A DNA stretch of 64,000 bases, taken from Vicugna vicugna. Its lineage: Eukaryota. Every line of letters starts with the position of its first letter. Positions within the stretch are counted from its first letter, which is position 1. The notes below the pieces were generated by a model. The model was not told the DNA's origin, ran no database searches, and saw nothing but the letters and a program-made list of their open reading frames with translations. Location of the stretch: positions 1,550,001 through 1,614,000 of the forward strand of contig MU058718.1 of NCBI GenBank assembly GCA_013265495.1. Direction: 5' to 3'. The translations under genes were made by a program, and so were the position numbers. Of this stretch, positions 26,383-38,122 are shown piece after piece.

Positions 26383-27887
26383 CATTATACTTGAGGAGTT
26401 TACACATAGTATTTTTAGAACTGGAACCAGAAGTTGAATAGAAAGCAATCTTTGATACCCCAGGATGAATCAGATGGATGGAGAATTCAACAAAAAACAG
26501 GACAATACCAAAGTTTTCATTGTTACTTCCTTCAAAAACACTCTCCCAGTTTTCCGAGGAAAGTCCAGAATCCACTGTGTCTAGTTACATGAGTAGATCT
26601 AACTGATAGAGAAATTGGTATTTATAACACCTTCTGGGATGGACTTTTTTCTCCAGCTGCGAGAAGACAGCATGGGGACAAACCACAGACTAACTCTGGC
26701 CACCTCCTCAAGGCCCCACCCAGTGTCACACAGAACAAGTAACATAACAAGTGATTGGCTCTTCTAGTTTGTTGAACGGGGAAGAAATAAAAAGCTAACT
26801 TACAGGTATTCAGCCTCAGTGGTTGTTATTTTACACTGAGGGAAAATAAGCAGTTGTTTGGAAACTGCAGGTGATATGACCCGTTTGAACCAAGATTTAA
26901 ACCTTAGTTTTATGTGCAGATGGGTAAGCCATCAATCACTTGGCCATAGGTGGGAAATCTTTGCTTAAGTCATCAATGCTCCCAAGTGTAATCTTACCTG
27001 TGTTAAGCAGGGGAATTCTGTTTTTCTACTGTGATTTGATATTGAGAAATAACATGAACAGATAAGCTTTGTAGCAGTCCTGGAAAACCCTGATACTCCT
27101 AACAAATAAGAACCTCTGGGCTCAAAGAGCTGGACTCCGGCTCATTGTCATGTGTGTGATGACCAAGGAAATGTGGTGGAACCGGGATCACTCAGAGAGA
27201 CCAGAACACAGACTAATTGAAACCAACAGTAGGGAAGGGTGAGGGGTGTGAGGGAGAGAACCCATGAGATAAAGAGACTAGCCAGGGCTCACATTTTCAA
27301 AGTTATTCCTTTACAATATTTTTCAGTTCATTTCAACATGGCAGCTAACTCAGGAGAACAGGTCTTCCTAAAGGCTCTGGCTCACATAGCTCACACCGAG
27401 TGGTCCTGACCCTTGGGTCTTGAAAATTCCTTCCCTCCCATTCCATTGTTCAGATTTTAAGGAGAATTGTCATTGTTTAAGGTCTCTTGAGAGGTTTCAG
27501 CTTGGGAGCTGTTCAGAATCCACCCTCCTTCCTTCCCTTTCTCCCCCACTTGCGGCACCAAAGCTGCCAGGTGGCCTGGCCTGGAGTTTTCTCACAATCT
27601 TCACCTCCTTCCAAAAGACAACTCCAGTCAGTAGTAAGGATGGTGGAGCAGCCATGTGAGAGGGAAGCTCCTGCACTCAGAGACATTAATTCTTATGCAG
27701 TTGATTACACAGTGTTTGGGAAAGAGATTTCTCATAGGTCTAAACATCTGTGTGTCTATACACGTGACTATGTGTGTGCATGTGGACACAGCTAATGCAG
27801 GTACGTGCTAAAAGAGATGGGATGAAATAGCCACCCTGGTGATGGATATCATTATAAGAGAGAAACACTCATCTTCAAAGATTTCTC

Positions 27888-28040
27888 TTTATTCAATTCA
27901 ATTAACAACCATTTCTTCTGTCAGTGTTTTTTGAGTGCTTACTATGCACTAGGCACTGTCAGTGTACCAGGTGCTGGAGACCATCATAAGCAAGACAGAC
28001 AAGGTCTCTGGTTGCCTGCAGCTTGCATTCTCGTGGGCTG
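27888..28040 (-). mobile_element. L2 3' end
   Basis: 'ttgagtgcttactatgcactaggcactgt...aagacagacaaggtctctg'. Confidence 0.75.
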
Positions 28041-28129
28041 GGCACTGTGTGTGGTTCATGAGTGCCAAGGACTGTTTCAAAGAAGTTTCAAGTTTCAAAT
28101 AAAATTCAGTTTGAAAGAAAGAAAGGAAA

Positions 28130-28150
28130 ACACACACACACACACACACA
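28130..28150 (+). repeat. (AC)n microsatellite
   Basis: Directly visible. Confidence 0.9.
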
Positions 28151-28430
28151 GTTTTCTCTGTCCATAGGCAAGAGAGTACCATGTTAGTGTCCTTTAGAGC
28201 TTGATCCTGATCATGTCATTCCTAGGTCAATACATCACTTCTGTTTTATAAGCTGCCAGAAGACTTTCTGTTCTGGATTTCCCTCAGAGTGGTCTGCTTC
28301 CTACACAAGGTGCCTGGCCAGAAGGAGAGAGCACTATTAGGCCCCTCACCCTAGACAGTGAGACCTTTGCCTGTGAAAGACAAGGGCATGTAGACAGTAT
28401 GCATGAACCTTGAAAAGCTTCATCAGCAGC

Positions 28431-28792
28431 TGTCTTAGATATTTTGGGCTGCGAAAAGAGTATACCATAGACTTGGTGACTGATAAACAGAAATTTTATT
28501 TCTCACTGTTTGGAAAGCCGGCAAGTCCAACATCGAGGTGCTGGCAGATTCAGCGTCTGGTGAGACCCACTTCCTGGTTCAAAAGTGGCCATCTTCCCAC
28601 CGTGTCCTCACGTGGCAGACGGGAGAGAGGGCTCTCTGGGGTTTCTTTTGTAAGGGCACTAATCCCCTTCATGAGGGCTGCACTCTCATGGTCTAATCAC
28701 CTCCCAAAGGCCTTAATTTCTAATACTACCACGTTGGGGTTAAGATCTCAAAATATGAATTTGGGGGGAACAGAGGCATTCAGTCCATAAAA
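28431..28792 (-). mobile_element. MaLR solo LTR (MLT1A/MLT1A0-like)
   Basis: 'tgtcttag...aagggcactaatccccttcatgaggg...taatcacctcccaaaggcc...cattcagtccata'; 5-bp TSD GCAGC/GCAGG. Confidence 0.9.
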
Positions 28793-28964
28793 GCAGGTTA
28801 TTTTCCAGCACAGGTAGAAGGAAATGCCAAATCAAGCTCCATATAATTTGACTTTCACTGAGAAATCTCAGCTTGAACTACACATGGAGGAGTCTGACTC
28901 AGGCAAAAAGATCTAACACCAAATATATGTGCATCAGTTTGAAAAACCATGATACTGAAACTCA

Positions 28965-29580
28965 GAGTAAGTGTAGGACACTTAACTTCCAGGTTCAGTG
29001 GCCTGGAATCTGTTTAAAAAAAATTCAGCTGAGTAAATATGAAGATCAGATTGGCTTTATTCACCAATTCGTGAATCAGGCATCATCCCAGCTGGTAAAT
29101 AGAAGGCACTCAGAAAGCCTGTGCAAAATGAAAGGTGTTTACAGGAAGGAGGGTGGGGCAAGAAAGCTATTAGTAATAGAAAAGAAAAGATAGTTTCAGG
29201 CCAGGGAAAGGGACGAGGGTCTACCACGCCCGTCATCCCTTCTTCCCTTGTGAGGGAAGGGAGGATGGAGAGGACCCATACCTCATAGTCCCTCATTGGT
29301 GCTGACCAGAAAACTGGCCGATTAAGGCTGTGTTCCCGGGGAAGGCTGAACCTGCAGTTAGGCCAGGTATTAAATCTAGGTTTGGTGCCATGGGTTTTAA
29401 CCCAGGTGACACCACTTGGGACCCGTGGTTTTCTCTTTAACAGTTCCAATCCTGCGCAATCTGCGGGAAAGCCATCAAACCCCACAGGACGTCAGCTTCC
29501 TCTTGTGTAAAATGGTTCCAAAAAGAGTTCCTACCTTGTTTGTCTTATAAGTAAGAATCAAGTAAAATAGCATAATAGAA
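28965..29580 (+). mobile_element. MIR split by an ERV1 LTR
   Basis: 'ggcctgg' before the LTR, 'gttccaatcctg...cagcttcctcttgtgtaaaatgg' after it. Confidence 0.55.
29011..29442 (-). mobile_element. ERV1-class solo LTR
   Basis: TG...CA termini with inverted ends (TGTTTAAAAAAAA / TTTTCTCTTTAACA); minus-strand AATAAA about 45 bp from the left end. Confidence 0.8.
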
Positions 29581-29648
29581 TATGGAGCCTAAGTAATGGC
29601 CGTGATGCTGGGACAGGGACCATATAGTAGAGACAACCTTCAGAGCAC

Positions 29649-30215
29649 CGTATCAGTCAGGATCCAACCAGAGAAGCAGAACCAGGAGGGATTCGTTCCA
29701 GGGAATGGGCCTTGTGCAATTGTGGGAACTAGATAAATAGTCTCTGTGGGGCTGTCTGTCTCTACATCCGATGTTGGAGCTGGACATCCACTGGGGAAAA
29801 GACACTATGGTTGTAAAGTAAAGCATATCAAGGGCAGGCTGGAAGCCACAGGCACAAGCTGAAACCCCACAAGGTGAAACCCCTCACCTGAGTCTGACCT
29901 CGGCGATGGACAGAAGCTGGACCCTTCTTCACAGAGCTAAACACAGACACCCGGCCCCGGAGTCAGAGATGCTGACGCAGAGCCCAGGGGATGGAGAGCC
30001 TTACAGGCCCAACTGCCATTTCACACCAATCACAAAACGACTCAGCAGATCGGCAACAATGTGTGTGAGCTACAAGATGGCAGCTGTTTCCCTTTAGCCT
30101 CCAAATCCCCCGAGAATTTTCCTGTGGATCTTCTGTCACCAAAAACATACAGAAAAGTGAATTGTGGGAAATGTAGTTCAGCTGACCCAAGTTAACACAC
30201 TAAAAAACCATCACA
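29649..30215 (-). mobile_element. ERVL solo LTR (MLT2E/F-like)
   Basis: 'gtatcagtcaggatccaaccagagaagcagaacc' ... 'tgggaaatgtagttcagc...aagttaacacac...catcaca'. Confidence 0.8.
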
Positions 30216-30220
30216 AATCT

Positions 30221-30411
30221 TTTTTTTTTCAATATTTTATCTTTTTATTGACGTATAGTTGATCTGCAGTGTGTTAGTTTCTGATGTGCAACATGGTGAT
30301 TCAGTTTTACATACACATATTTATTCTTTTTCATATTCTTTTTCATTATATGTTACTACAAGATATTCAATATAGTTCCCTGTGCTATACAGTTGGACCC
30401 TGTTGTTTATC
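30221..30411 (-). mobile_element. Younger L1 3' stub
   Basis: Poly-T plus 'caagatattcaatatagttccctgtgctatacag'; perfect 10-bp TSD TCACAAATCT at 30211-30220 and 30412-30421. Confidence 0.92.
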
Positions 30412-30430
30412 TCACAAATCTCCTGATTAT

Positions 30431-30999
30431 TGTCAAGGAAGTAGAATTTTTCCTCTACCCTCCTACCTTCTTCTGGCTGGTCTAAAAATTAAATTGACAT
30501 AAGACAGGTTAATAGGAGAAAATCAAACAAAATTTTAATAACATATACTTGGGAGGGATCCAGGAGAACCGAGTAACTCACCAAACTGGCTGAAACCTTC
30601 ACCTTAAAGACCATCTTCAGGTAAAGATGAAAAAGGATGTTGAGGGTAGGATTTGGGGCTTCAAAGGGGAGGAATGCAGTTCCCAAGAAAAATGGAAAAG
30701 CAAATGTCTGGTAAACAGATGTTTGCTAGGCCGTGCAGAGGCAATGGGACACGGAGTGGACTCTGAGCTCTAGGCCCTGCCTAGAGTTTCCCCACCCCCA
30801 TCACACTTAGCCCAAATTCTGTGCAGCTATCTCTGCTGATAGCTCTTTTATAGGAACAGACCTTCTATCTAAATTCTTTAGGCAGCTAAGGGGGGAAAGT
30901 CAAGGTTTCTTCTTGAGTCTTTTGGGCCTTTATTGTTTTCAGCTTGAAATGATTCACATGGCAGAGATATTTTGAGGTGGCAAATTTTGCTTCTCTACA
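30431..30999 (-). mobile_element. ERV1 solo LTR (MER34-like)
   Basis: TG...CA termini; 'tttcctctaccctcc...ttgacataagacaggttaataggagaaaa' and 'atattttgaggtggcaaattttgc'; TSD TTAT/TTAC. Confidence 0.8.
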
Positions 31000-31071
31000 T
31001 TACAGTTGGGAAATTGACCTAGCAATTTTCACATTCTTTTCCATACCAGTGTCTCCAGGTTCTAAAGCACT

Positions 31072-31325
31072 GGTACTGCAGTGGTTAAGAATAAGCGCTT
31101 TAGAGTCTTCCCAACCCAAGTTCAAATCCAGGGTTTACCACTTTCTTGTTTAGGGACATTGAGCAAGCAAGTTACTTAACTCTCTGTGCCTCAGTTTCCT
31201 CATCTGTAAAACTGGATTGTGATATTGGCCTTATCGGTCACATCATAAGGGAGATAACACCAGTAAAATGCTAGAACGGTGCCTATTATGTTGTCAGTGC
31301 TCAGAAAGTGATCACTGTTATTATT
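31072..31325 (+). mobile_element. MIR SINE, near full length
   Basis: 'caagttacttaactctctgtgcctcagtttcctcatctgtaaaa' is a near-perfect MIR core. Confidence 0.92.
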
Positions 31326-31674
31326 CTAATGGTCACCCACCCTCCGCTCGTAAGAGCTAACTACACTAGAATCAAATATCTGAAGAGATTCCCAGAGATC
31401 TCTCCCCGGGGCAGCCACGCTGTGTGCTTAAGGAGAATGCAAGAGAAGCATTCAAAGGACATTCTTGAGGCAAATAAGAATGGAAACAATTTATACATCG
31501 GATCATAGCAGCTGACTGTTTTCATATTTTCCCAGCTGCCGGAGATATTTGCTGAAAGAACGTGGGTATTTTTGAAGCATTATACTTCCAAGTTGACTTG
31601 CATAGTGGGTTCCTCAGAAGAAATATTTAACAGGCTAGCCAAATTATTTTGGACAACATATGCCAAGAAGTCGA

Positions 31675-31925
31675 GTCATGAGTATGGACTCAGCCTCTGG
31701 GGACAGACTGCCTGGGTTCGAATCCCGGCTCCATCGTTTATTGTGCTTAGGCAAGTTACGCAAACTCAGTCTCATGATCTACATCTGTAAAACGAAATGA
31801 TGCTAGCATCTATGCCACGGAGTTACTGTGAGAATTAATAAGTTAACACACATAAAATGTTTCTAACAGTAAGCACAGTAATCATCAGGTAAGGGCTTGC
31901 TACCATCACTGTCATCATTGTCATC
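31675..31925 (+). mobile_element. MIR SINE
   Basis: 'cagactgcctgggttcgaatcccggctcc...ggcaagttac...catctgtaaaa'. Confidence 0.88.
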
Positions 31926-34606
31926 ACCCACAGATCATTCATCTTCTTGCAGCCAGGAATTAGAACCTGTACACTCAGGTCTACCTACAGCCACCGGGAA
32001 GCGTAAAAGTAGGCAAAGAAACCTTGACCTCCACCCGAGGACCAGCATTCAACTCTCTGACACCTGTATTCTACATACTATAACCTACTTGCTCCTTTTC
32101 TCTGGGTAGCCTTCTCTGGATTTGACTCCACACCTGCCCAGACCTGGGGCAATTCTTCATCTTTAGCTGGATTTCAAGACCTTCTTCCTGGCCAGCTCCC
32201 ACTCATATGCCAGAGTCATAGGCCATTGCAAAGGACTTCTGTGACACCTTTGTGCCTGAAGAGAATTGGTGAAATCATTTTCCATTACTTATGTTGACAA
32301 GTCAAAATAATGGACGAATTCACCATCTCGTGGTCCTAAAGAGAATGCAACTCTTCCAGCTCTTTGCTCACCCATTGCAAATCATCAGAAGATTGAAAAC
32401 TGGAGAAAACTGAGCCCTGCCGCTCCATAAAGACCACAGCTTTTCTCAGAGGTTTGCTTTTCCACACCTGCACCTGTGCTTCACCATAATAATAAAAACT
32501 AAAGAAGTTTAAATAGTGATGTGTCTAAGTCAGAATGCAGACGCTTAAGGAAAGATTTCTGTTTTTAAAAGAGAGTCCTATAAATGATTTAGCAAATTTG
32601 AGCATATAACCTGTCCAAAGTGCTAGCACACTTTGCTTCCAGCAGCCAATTTTGCAGGCAAAGCTGTGGTTTTCTCGTTCCTTCTGTGAGCTGTGGCTGC
32701 TGCTTCCTCGTGGCCCAGTCCTCGGTGATGCACGCACCAGGGATGTATTTCTCATTTATGCATGAAAGTGGTTTCCTTGAATTATGAGCCCCAAAGTTCC
32801 AAGACGCTTGCAGCCTGGGTGGCCACACAGGTATAAGTGCATAAAAGTCTGTTCTAAGCATGGCTCCAGGAGTGAACGCAGTCACTTCAAACAACTCGTC
32901 TCTCTGGGAACACGCCACACAGTCCCTCTATTAGGGAGAGGCATATTTGTGGTTGTAATGTACTGCAGCAATGGTACAAGGAGACACACACCAAGAGGAG
33001 TTAGAAAACCAAAAAGCAAAATAAATCCAGCCCTTTATAGGAAAGGATCCTTTAGCTCCCCTCCCCCACTACCCTGCTCCGAAACATCCTAGCATCTTGG
33101 AATTCAACAGAAATGCCAGAAGGGTGGTCGTGTCTGTGAACCCAACCATAAGCCCAACAGTAGCAGAAGTTAAAATTTACCCTTCCAAAAAGAAGAAAAA
33201 ATAAATATACAGAGATTTTTGGGAAAAGGGCCTCTTAACCTTTGTTTAATTGCACAAAACAAAGACGACTCTAGAGGTGAAGGTTCTCACCCTTTTCAGA
33301 CATGGAGAAGGAAGGCTCCCAGGGGCCATGCGGGGTTGCTGGAGTCAGGGTCTGAGCCTGGAGGAGAGTGAGTCAGCCCCACAGCAGGACCCAGGCCTCC
33401 CCACCACCACCACCAGACAGGTCACCTCTGCTCTACTGGAACTGAGGAAGAGGACGGAGAAGAATTTGGCCACCTGGAATAAATGCAAGTTCTTTGAATT
33501 CAGCTGATTCATTTTTTCTTCTGAGCAGGTTCTGGGGTCCTAGAAACTTGTTCTTCTGAAAGCCAAAAAAATTTAAAAGGTTGTAACTATTTTCCTGGAA
33601 ACGTTAACTGAAATTGAAAGTACTCAGTTTCCTATAAGAAGGATGTCTTACCTCCCTTTTCCTCCTGTGCACCTAGGAATAGAATTGTTATTGATTATAA
33701 AGTGCATATTTGCCTATTAAGATAAAATTCCCCGCCTGAGCAATGCCATGATAAGTCATTACGAATGCATGAATTTGATTCTGTTTGGTTATATGTGCAC
33801 TTGGACTAAAATTGTCTACAGATGTATTTTTGACTAAAGAATAGATACACCCGTAAAGGGTTGCCAGGAAATCTTTGAAAATAGAAATGTATCTTTAGCC
33901 TGCTGGGGAGCTCATTATTTCCAAGAGCCCTGAGATGAATGATTCAGTAGAGAAACAATGTGTGTTTATGGAGGGCCTAGTGGGTGAAGGATATGGAAGA
34001 AATATAAGACACGATCTTTGCCCTCGACCAGATTCCAATTCAGGGACTTGATTCAAGAATTTAAGTTTTTATTTATTGAATTTTCTTAAACGGAGGCCAC
34101 CTGCACAATACACAGCATCCAAGAAGTCCCAGTCTCGCTCTGTGCCAGGGAAGTAGGCTGTGGTAAGACTCGGTGGTCCGATCACACTCCTTCCTCAGCA
34201 CCGGGACCAGCCTGCGCTTTAGCTATCTCAGGTCATCCAGCTTGCAAAGGTGACTGGCCCAGGACTCAGCAACCTCTAAGGAAAATTAAGTAGTCACTCT
34301 TCCTCCTCCTTCCATTGTCTTCCCATGCCATAATTATCCTTTACTCACTCATCATATTTACACAGCATCTGGACACACACATACATGCACGCACACATGC
34401 ACGCACTCACACAGTTTCCAGTGTCTTGGGCTACATTTCTCCGTTGTCTCAGACCCTTCACAGGAGGCCTCAGTGGAATGAGGTCAGCATCACCAGCTCA
34501 TCCTTCAGGTTCTCATGGAATCTGCTCCTCCTTCTTCCCTCCCCTAGTCAGAGGAAGATCAGAGGTATGATGGGAGGTCTCTGAGTCCCTCAAATCACAC
34601 GATGTA

Positions 34607-34823
34607 GGAGTTTGGGATTTGCAGATAGACACTACTGTAAACAAAATAGATAAACAACTAGCTCCTACTGTATAGCACAGGGAACTATATTCAATAGCTT
34701 GTAATAGCCTATAATGAAGGAGAATATGAAAAAAATACATATATGTATGTAGCTGAATCACTATCCTGTACACCAGAAACCAACACAACATTATAAGTCA
34801 ACTATACTTCAATTTTTTTAAAA
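34607..34823 (+). mobile_element. Younger L1 3' stub
   Basis: 'cctactgtatagcacagggaactatattcaata...tgtacaccagaaaccaacacaacattataagtcaactatacttcaa'; TSD 34592-34606 / 34824-34838 (13/15). Confidence 0.92.
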
Positions 34824-35164
34824 AAATCACACAGTGTAAGTAACCCTAGTCCATCTGTGTCCAAGTGCTCCCCTATCCTGAACAAAATGCGAACAAACTC
34901 ATCTCAACTTAGCTGTTGAGATTCTTCACTCTGTTGGCTGGGTGGTGATTGATGAGAATGTGCTCAGGTGCCTGAGAACACCCTGGGGGTCTCCCAGATC
35001 TGGTTTAAATGGCAAAGGACTGTGGGTGACTTCAGTGATGGCAGGAAGTGAATGAGGAGTAAAGCTGCGCTCTCAGAACCCAGAGAGTTAGAGCCCTGTA
35101 GGTACATCTAGCTACAGAGCCACACGTCCAGCTCATGACTCTGCAGCCCTTGGCTCCCGCATCT

Positions 35165-36146
35165 GCACACCTTCCTTCTGGCTTCCGTGACACCACACCT
35201 CCTGGTTTTTCTCTCTGTCTCTGCTAACAACAAGAGCAGCAGCACCACAGTGGTTTTTATAAGTTATAAAAGTAATGTATTTATTGAGTGTTCCTCTGTA
35301 CCAGACATAGTGCTAACTGTATTTCCAAGTATTAATATCTCAAACTCTAAGCCCTAATTTCTCACTCCGTTCTCCCTCTTCATTCTCCCTCGTGGGCTTA
35401 AAAACCACCTGTCAGCTAATCATTCCCACATTGCTATCTCCAACCCAGACCTACCCTCTAACTGCCTTGTCGGCAACTCTTCTTAAATATCCCTCGAGCA
35501 TCCCAGAGTGAACTTTTCATCTTTCCTCATACAACGGCCATTTCAGCAACATGCCTTAGTGCAGTAAATGGCACTATAAGGCCAAGACTCTAGGGACTGT
35601 TCTGACACTTCCCTTCCCTCAACCCGCACAGCCTGTCTATCACCAACCTTGTTAGGACTGTCTCCACAGTGTACCCGAGACCTGCCACTCCCTCCCCTCC
35701 ATGGCCACCTCTCACATGGACGGACGCCATTGCCTCCAACCAGCCTTCCTACTTCCATTCTTGCCCAGTGCCAACCTATTCTCCACAGAGCAGTCAGAAC
35801 CATCCTTTCAAAAGAAAATGGTCTCTTGCCTACTCAAAACCCTCCCTGTGGCTTCACGTAGAACTTAAAAGAAAACTGAGAATCTTCTGGTGGCCACTGC
35901 CCACCTCTGCAGACTCACCTCTCACCATCTCCCACTCCTCCTCTTTGCTTCAGCCATTACTCATTTCTCCAAACATCCCAAGACCATCCTCACCTCAGAA
36001 TTCCACCCCAGACTGTATCTTTGCTTTACTCTACCCTTTATGAGAGGAAAGGCTGGGTCCACCAACCCAACACGGTATCCAGAGAGCCAGCATGACGCCT
36101 AACATGTAGGTATCTGGTGAATCTTTGCCAAATACATGAATAAATA
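35165..36146 (+). mobile_element. L2 (L2a-like) 3' ~1 kb, with a short antisense MIR/L2 piece at ~35270-35340
   Basis: 'ggcttccgtgacaccacacctcctggttt', 'tatctccaacccagacct', 'ttctccacagagcagtcagaaccatcctttcaaaa', tail 'atgaataaat'. Confidence 0.82.
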
Positions 36147-36164
36147 TGTTCAGTACATGCCAGG

Positions 36165-36986
36165 TGTGGTGATAGACATGGGAACCTCTCCACGGGTTGA
36201 TCCAGCACCCAATTCCAGTGTGTGGATTTTCCCCCACACTCAGCAATTCTCTGACACCTGCTGGGCATTCTACAGTTCAACTCAGTCCTGACACTAACGA
36301 CTTGGAGACAGCACCAGAGTCCACAGGTGAAGGGCTCAGTCCCGCAGGATTGCCCACATTCCAGATGCCAGCTGCCAGTCCAGGCTGTCACCTGTGCTTC
36401 TGACCTGCCAGCTAAGAGACTGTAGCCTCCAGGGGTCTCCTCCTTGGGTTCAGTTAACTTACTTGAGCGGTTTACAGAACTCAGAAAAACATTTTACTTC
36501 CTGGATTACTGACTTATTATAAGGGGATATCACTCAGGAATAGCCAGATGGAGGTATGTGGGGAGGGGTGGAGCCCCCGTGCCCATCTGGGTGTGCCACG
36601 CTCCCCAGATCTCCACATGTTCACCAGCCTGGAAGCTCTCCAGACCACATCCTTGGGGGTTTTCATGGAGGCTTCATCACATAGTCATGATTACTTAAAT
36701 CATTGGCCGATGGTGATTGAGTCAACCTCCAGTTCCTCCCCCTTCCCCAGAATTCAGGGGGTGGGACTGAAAAGTTCTAACCCTCTAATCACATGGTTGG
36801 GCACCCTGGAAACCAGTCCCCATCTTAAGTTACCTAGGTGCTTTCCAAAAGCCACCTCATTAATATAACAGAGGACACCTTTATGGCCCTCAGCATCTAG
36901 GAAATTCCAAAGATTTTAGGAGCTCTGTGCCAGGCATGGGGACGAAGACCAAATATAGATTTCTTACCATAAATCACAGCATCACA
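36165..36986 (-). mobile_element. ERVL solo LTR (MER21B/C-like)
   Basis: 'acagaactcag', 'ggaggcttcatcacatag', 'ggaaattccaaagattttaggagctctgtgccagg...gaagaccaaatata...tcacagcatcaca'. Confidence 0.9.
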
Positions 36987-36999
36987 ATAGGGCGTATTG

Positions 37000-37233
37000 C
37001 CATATTGCCAGCTGACTCCCCTAATAGCATGCGAGCAAGAGAGCAAAGAGAGCAAGAAGGAAGCCAGTCTTTTGGGAACCTAATCTCAAAAGTGTCATCC
37101 CATTACTTTTGCCGTATCTACTTATTAGAAGCAAGTCACTAGATTCAACCTACACTCAAGGGGAGGGGATTTAACTAGGGCAGGACTACCAGGAGGCAGG
37201 GATCAGTGGGGGCCACCTCAGAGGCTGCCTACC
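37000..37233 (-). mobile_element. MaLR LTR fragment (MLT1F-like)
   Basis: 'cattacttttgccgtat...tagaagcaagtcact...cactcaaggggagggga...accaggaggcagggatcagtgggggccacctcagaggctgcctacca'. Confidence 0.85.
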
Positions 37234-37248
37234 AGAGTGCCCTCACTC

Positions 37249-37550
37249 CATGTTAATATATACAAATCTACCTCCTTGTTGTTAAAGCCATACAGTATTC
37301 TAAAGTAGAAATGTAGCAATTAGATATTTGATCAAGTCCCTATGATTGGATATTTAGGATGTTTAAAATTTCCCACTGATGTTGCAATAATCACTCTTAA
37401 ACATACATTTGCCCACTTATTCAACTATTTCTGAAGGATCCATCTCTAGAAGTAATATGGCCATTCCAAGGGATCTGGAATTTAATGTAATGATTCATGT
37501 ATGTTGCCCAATTGCCTTCTGCAAATGTTGTACCCAGTTACCTCTCAATA
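37249..37550 (-). mobile_element. Ancient L1ME fragment
   Basis: 'agtccctatgattggatatttaggatgtt...ccaattgccttctgcaaatgttgtacc'. Confidence 0.65.
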
Positions 37551-37796
37551 ATTTCTACTAATACGTCACATATTAAACATTGAAATGTTTTAAAATTCCA
37601 CTCTGCCACCGCAGGAGAAATACAGGGATGGTTCCCCCTTCCCCTCCTGGCCTCTTTCTTTCCCCTGTTCCTTCACTGACTCCTCTAGTCAGGTGTCTGA
37701 CGATCCGAAGCTGTGGGTACTACCACCTCTTGCTTGACCAAATCCCTTCACTTTGCACAGCTTTTCTTCTTCTTCAGAGGGACATCGGTGGAGGAT

Positions 37797-38122
37797 GTTA
37801 TCAGTGAGCACAGACTGGGTTACGCTGCACTAGCAAACCAAACGAGACTGCCCTGTAGCTCCCACGTGAACATTTATTCCTTGCTCACACCAAGTGCATT
37901 TTAGGTTCTGAAAAGCTTTTCTTCCTCAAGTGATTCGGGGCCACCAGCTTCTATCATGTGGTTCCGCCAGATCAACATGCAGTCTCCTGGGTCGAGGTAG
38001 GGGAAGGAGAGAGAGCTGAAGGCTTAAGTAAGAGCTTTTAACTTCCTCACCGGGGGGGCTGACAGACACCATTTCACTCAAAGTGCCTTGACCAGAAAGA
38101 CTCATGTCACCGCACCCAAGGA
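37797..38122 (-). mobile_element. MaLR LTR (MLT1I/J/L-like)
   Basis: 'actgggttacgctgcactagcaaac...atttattccttgctcac...caccatttcactca...ttgaccagaaagactcatg'. Confidence 0.7.

Noticed and set aside
31700..31735. tRNA gene (B-box GGTTCGAATCC)
   Set aside because: It is the tRNA-derived head of a MIR SINE followed by the MIR core; there is no cloverleaf.
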